Origin: Chloroflexota bacterium
GTDB lineage: Bacteria > Chloroflexota > UBA11872 > VXOZ01
Length of the DNA: 64,000 nt
Direction of reading: 5' to 3'
Assembly (NCBI GenBank): GCA_963662335.2
Contig: CAXXVD010000002.1
Location: 320,001 to 384,000 of the forward strand
Positions 60,689 to 64,000 of this stretch are shown in pieces. The number at the start of each line of letters is the position of its first letter. The first letter of the stretch is position 1. The translations under genes and the position numbers were made by a program. The notes beneath the pieces are model-generated. The model was given only the letters and a program-made list of their open reading frames with translations, had not been told where the DNA came from and did no database searches.

Positions 60689-63001
60689 ATGATTCACAAG
60701 GTAGAGGCGAACCACGCCGGTCGTACGCTCAGCATCGAGACCGGACGGTTTGCCGAGCAGGCCAGCGGCAGCGTCACCATCCGCTGCGGCGACGCGATTC
60801 TCCTGGTCACGGTCGTTGGCGACAAACCCCGCGAGGGCATCGACTTCTTTCCCCTCTCGGTTGACGTGGAAGAGAAGTACTACGCCGTGGGCCGCATTCC
60901 CGGCGGCTACCTGCGGCGCGAGGGCCGGCCCAGCGACGATTGCGTGCTGGCGGCGCGGCTCTGCGACCGCCCGTTGCGGCCGCTCTTTCCCAAGGACTAC
61001 CGCAACGAGGTGCAGGTGATCATCACCATCCTCAGCGCCGATCAGGAGAACGCCACGGACGTGATGGGCATCGTCGGCGCGTCGGCGGCGCTCTGCATCT
61101 CGGACATTCCCTTTGGCGGGCCGGTGGGCGCGGTGCGCGTGGGGCGCATAAACGGCGAGTTCGTCATCAATCCGCTTATGTCCCAATTCGCCGAGAGCGA
61201 CCTCGACCTGGTCATCGCCGGCACCCGCGACGCGGTGATGATGGTGGAAGCCGAGGCGGGACAATTGCCCGAGACCGAGATGCTTGCTGCCCTGGAGCGC
61301 GGGCACGAGGCCCTGCAAGAGACCATCGCCATGCAGGAAGAGCTGATCAGCAAGATCAGCAAAGCCAAGCACGAGTACGTTCCCCACGGCCCGCCGGACG
61401 ACCTGGTGGCCCAGGTGAAGGCGCAGGTGGCGGATAAAGTGGCCGCCGCGTTCGGCCAGGCGGACAAAGCGGCGCGGGAAGAGCAGCTTAGCGCGGTGAA
61501 GGCCGAGACCGTGGCCCAACTGGGCGCGGAGCACGGCGAAGAGCACGTGGCAGACGCGGTGCAATCCGCGGTCAAGGCGCACGTGCGCAGCGAAATCCTG
61601 CAGGAAGGCAAGCGCCCGGACGGACGCGCCCCGGCGGACCTCCGCTCGCTCTCCGCCGAGGTGGGCGTGCTGCCCCGCACCCACGGCACCGGCCTCTTCC
61701 AGCGCGGCCAGACCCAGGTGCTGAGCATCACCACGCTCGGTTCCATGGGCGACGCGCAGCCCCTCTACGGCCTGGAACTGGCCGATTCCAAGCCGTTCAT
61801 CCATCACTACAACTTCCCGCCGTTCAGCACCGGCGAGGCTGGCCGGCTGGGTTCCCCCCGGCGGCGCGAAATCGGACACGGCCGCCTGGCCGAGCGCGCC
61901 GTGGCCCAGGTGCTGCCCGCGCAAGAGGATTTTCCCTACACCATTCGCGTGGTCTCCGAGGTGCTCTCGTCCAACGGCTCCACCAGCATGGCGTCCACCT
62001 GCGGCAGTTCGCTGGCGCTGATGGACGCCGGCGTGCCGCTGCAAGCGCCGGTGGGCGGCATCGCCATGGGCCTGGTGCTCGGCGATGAGGGTGAGTACGC
62101 CATTTTGACCGACATCCAGGGCATCGAGGACGCCCTGGGCGACATGGACTTCAAGGTGGCCGGCACCACCAAGGGCGTCACTGCCTTGCAGATGGACATC
62201 AAGGTGTCGGGGATTACGTTCAGCATCATGGAGCAGGCGCTGGCCCAGGCGCGGGACGCCCGCCTGGAAGTGCTGCGCGTGATGGGCGAGGCGCTGGCCG
62301 AACCGCGCACGGAACTTTCCGATTACGCGCCGCGCCTGGTATCGATCAAGATCAACCCGGAGAAGATCGGCGAGGTGATCGGCCCCGGCGGCAAGATGAT
62401 CCGCAAGATCCAGGAAGAGACCGAATCGAAGATCGACATCGCGGAAGACGGCACTATCGTCATCACCGGCGAGTCGAAAGAAGGCGTCGATCAGGCGGCG
62501 GAGACCATCCGCAACATGACGACCGAACTCGAGGTCGGCGCGATCTTCACCGGCACGGTCTCGCGCATCATGAACGCCGGCGTCTTCGTGCACCTGCCGG
62601 ACGGACGGCGCGAAGGGCTGGTGCGCATGAGCGAACTGGCGGAAGACTACGTGGAACGCGCCGAGGACGTGGCCGACATTGGTGACGAGATCATGGTGAT
62701 GGTGGTCGAGATCGATTACCAGGGCCGGGTAAATCTCTCCCGCCGCGCGGTGCTGGAAGGGACGAATCCCGCCGACCTGCCGAGCGGCGGCGGCCGCGGC
62801 GAGCGCGGCGGCTACAATCGGGGACGGGGCGGCCCGCCGGACCGGCGCGGCGGTCCGCCGCGCGGCGGCCGGGGCCCCCGGCGCTACGACCGGGAACGCG
62901 CGCCGGCAGCGTCGGAGCGCGGGCGCGAGGGCGGCGGCGACCGCGACTCGGCACAGAGCGACGGCGGCGGCTCTTCCCAAAGTTCCGGCAGAAAGTGGTA
63001 G
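60689..63001 (+). CDS. pnp: Polyribonucleotide nucleotidyltransferase (PNPase)
   Basis: [40 protein letters not shown] and S1 domains, RG-rich tail. Confidence 0.97.
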   Translation: MIHKVEANHAGRTLSIETGRFAEQASGSVTIRCGDAILLVTVVGDKPREGIDFFPLSVDVEEKYYAVGRIPGGYLRREGRPSDDCVLAARLCDRPLRPLFPKDYRNEVQVIITILSADQENATDVMGIVGASAALCISDIPFGGPVGAVRVGRINGEFVINPLMSQFAESDLDLVIAGTRDAVMMVEAEAGQLPETEMLAALERGHEALQETIAMQEELISKISKAKHEYVPHGPPDDLVAQVKAQVADKVAAAFGQADKAAREEQLSAVKAETVAQLGAEHGEEHVADAVQSAVKAHVRSEILQEGKRPDGRAPADLRSLSAEVGVLPRTHGTGLFQRGQTQVLSITTLGSMGDAQPLYGLELADSKPFIHHYNFPPFSTGEAGRLGSPRRREIGHGRLAERAVAQVLPAQEDFPYTIRVVSEVLSSNGSTSMASTCGSSLALMDAGVPLQAPVGGIAMGLVLGDEGEYAILTDIQGIEDALGDMDFKVAGTTKGVTALQMDIKVSGITFSIMEQALAQARDARLEVLRVMGEALAEPRTELSDYAPRLVSIKINPEKIGEVIGPGGKMIRKIQEETESKIDIAEDGTIVITGESKEGVDQAAETIRNMTTELEVGAIFTGTVSRIMNAGVFVHLPDGRREGLVRMSELAEDYVERAEDVADIGDEIMVMVVEIDYQGRVNLSRRAVLEGTNPADLPSGGGRGERGGYNRGRGGPPDRRGGPPRGGRGPRRYDRERAPAASERGREGGGDRDSAQSDGGGSSQSSGRKW

Positions 63002-63008
63002 GCGTCTC

Positions 63009-63821
63009 ATGGCAGCAACGGGCGCAGCACCCCTCCGCGTAGCCGTTTTCGGCGTCTTTGGGCGCGTGGGAACCACCGTCGCGAACGCGGTGGCGCGGGA
63101 GGACGACCTCACGCTGGTCGGCGGCGCGGACGTAATTGCCGCCGATGGCGGCTTCACCACCGCAACGGGTGACACGGTAGCCGCGTATACGAACGTGCCG
63201 GCGTTGCTGGCAGACGCCACGCCCGACGTCGTAATCGACTTCACCCGCGCCGACGCCGCGCGGGTGAACGTGCGCGCGGCCCTGGAGCGCGGAGTCCACG
63301 CCGTGGTCGGCACGACCGGCATGGAACTAGCCGAAATCGAAGAGTTGGGAGAAGTGGCTGCCGCCAACGATCTCGGTCTGGTGGTGGCCCCCAACTTTGC
63401 GCTGACGGCCGTGCTGATGATGCACGTGAGCAAGCTCATCGGCAAATACATGGACTACTGCGACATCGTGGAGTACCACCACGAGCGCAAGATCGACGCG
63501 CCGTCCGGCACCGCGCTGCAGAGCGCCATCGACATTCGCGCGGCGCGGGGCCGCGACTTTATCTCCGCGCCAACGGAGAAGGAGACGCTGGCCGGCACCC
63601 GCGGCGGCGTGCACGGCGGCATCAACGTCCACGCGGCGCGGCTGCCCGGCATGGTGGCCCACCAGCAGGTGATCTTTGGCGGCCTGGGGCAGACCCTCAC
63701 CATCCGCCAGGACTCCACCAGCACGGAGTCGTTCGTGCCCGGCGTCCTCATGGCGGTGCGCGCGGTACCAAACTTGAAGGGCCTCACCTACGGCCTGGAC
63801 GCGCTATTGGGCCTGGAGTAG
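63009..63821 (+). CDS. dapB: 4-hydroxy-tetrahydrodipicolinate reductase
   Basis: IDFT, VGTTG, APNFA and EYHHERKIDAPSGTA motifs. Confidence 0.95.
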   Translation: MAATGAAPLRVAVFGVFGRVGTTVANAVAREDDLTLVGGADVIAADGGFTTATGDTVAAYTNVPALLADATPDVVIDFTRADAARVNVRAALERGVHAVVGTTGMELAEIEELGEVAAANDLGLVVAPNFALTAVLMMHVSKLIGKYMDYCDIVEYHHERKIDAPSGTALQSAIDIRAARGRDFISAPTEKETLAGTRGGVHGGINVHAARLPGMVAHQQVIFGGLGQTLTIRQDSTSTESFVPGVLMAVRAVPNLKGLTYGLDALLGLE

Positions 63822-63881
63822 ACGCGCCGCAGGCACGGGCATTGACGGCAGCGCAGATTGAGAACTGAACATTTGCGTCAC

Positions 63882-64000
63882 CAGTAGCACAGGTTGCAAA
63901 CCTGTGCTACTGTTGTATTGACAGCGCGGCGTAGCGCGGGGGCTTGTACTCCATTGACCGTCATTCCCGCGCACGCGGGAATGACGAGCGGTAGCGCGGG
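63882..64000. repeat. REP cluster at the window end
   Basis: GTAGCACAGGTTGCAAACCTGTGCTAC palindrome, GTAGCGCGGGGGCTTGT and CGTCATTCCCGCGCACGCGGGAATGACG. Confidence 0.85.

Overview
High-GC chromosomal window with no rRNA, tRNA or CRISPR array detected. Gene content (CAP protein with Chloroflexi-type 'GYP..QFFQKG' repeats, orphan Tat-lipoprotein SBP, several Gfo/Idh/MocA, DUF3604, sulfatase, PhyH and amidohydrolase genes) suggests a Chloroflexota bacterium; this is inference. Housekeeping genes (lysC, argB, argC, uppP, ilvD, lon, proVWX, pnp, dapB) alternate with catabolic paralogues and lower-GC accessory patches (HNH gene; 29.9-31.5 kb; 34.4-41.9 kb island with two DUF5677 genes and a type IIG restriction-modification gene). 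Most intergenic spaces hold one of about six palindromic REP/MITE-like repeat families. The main observations are: (1) a duplicated module pairing a membrane-anchored protein with a small basic Pro-rich peptide carrying a GTGP-x3-PP-x6-KPPG motif, one peptide being absent from the ORF track; (2) a CxxU selenoprotein with a SECIS-like hairpin, also missed by the ORF track; (3) REP-derived sequence inserted in frame in a kinase next to a variant enolase; (4) a long-range stem in the pnp leader; (5) antitoxin-like genes whose partner is truncated or absent; (6) a frameshifted AlbA_2/Schlafen gene and an IS1182-like remnant. All family assignments come from motif recognition by eye, not database searches.
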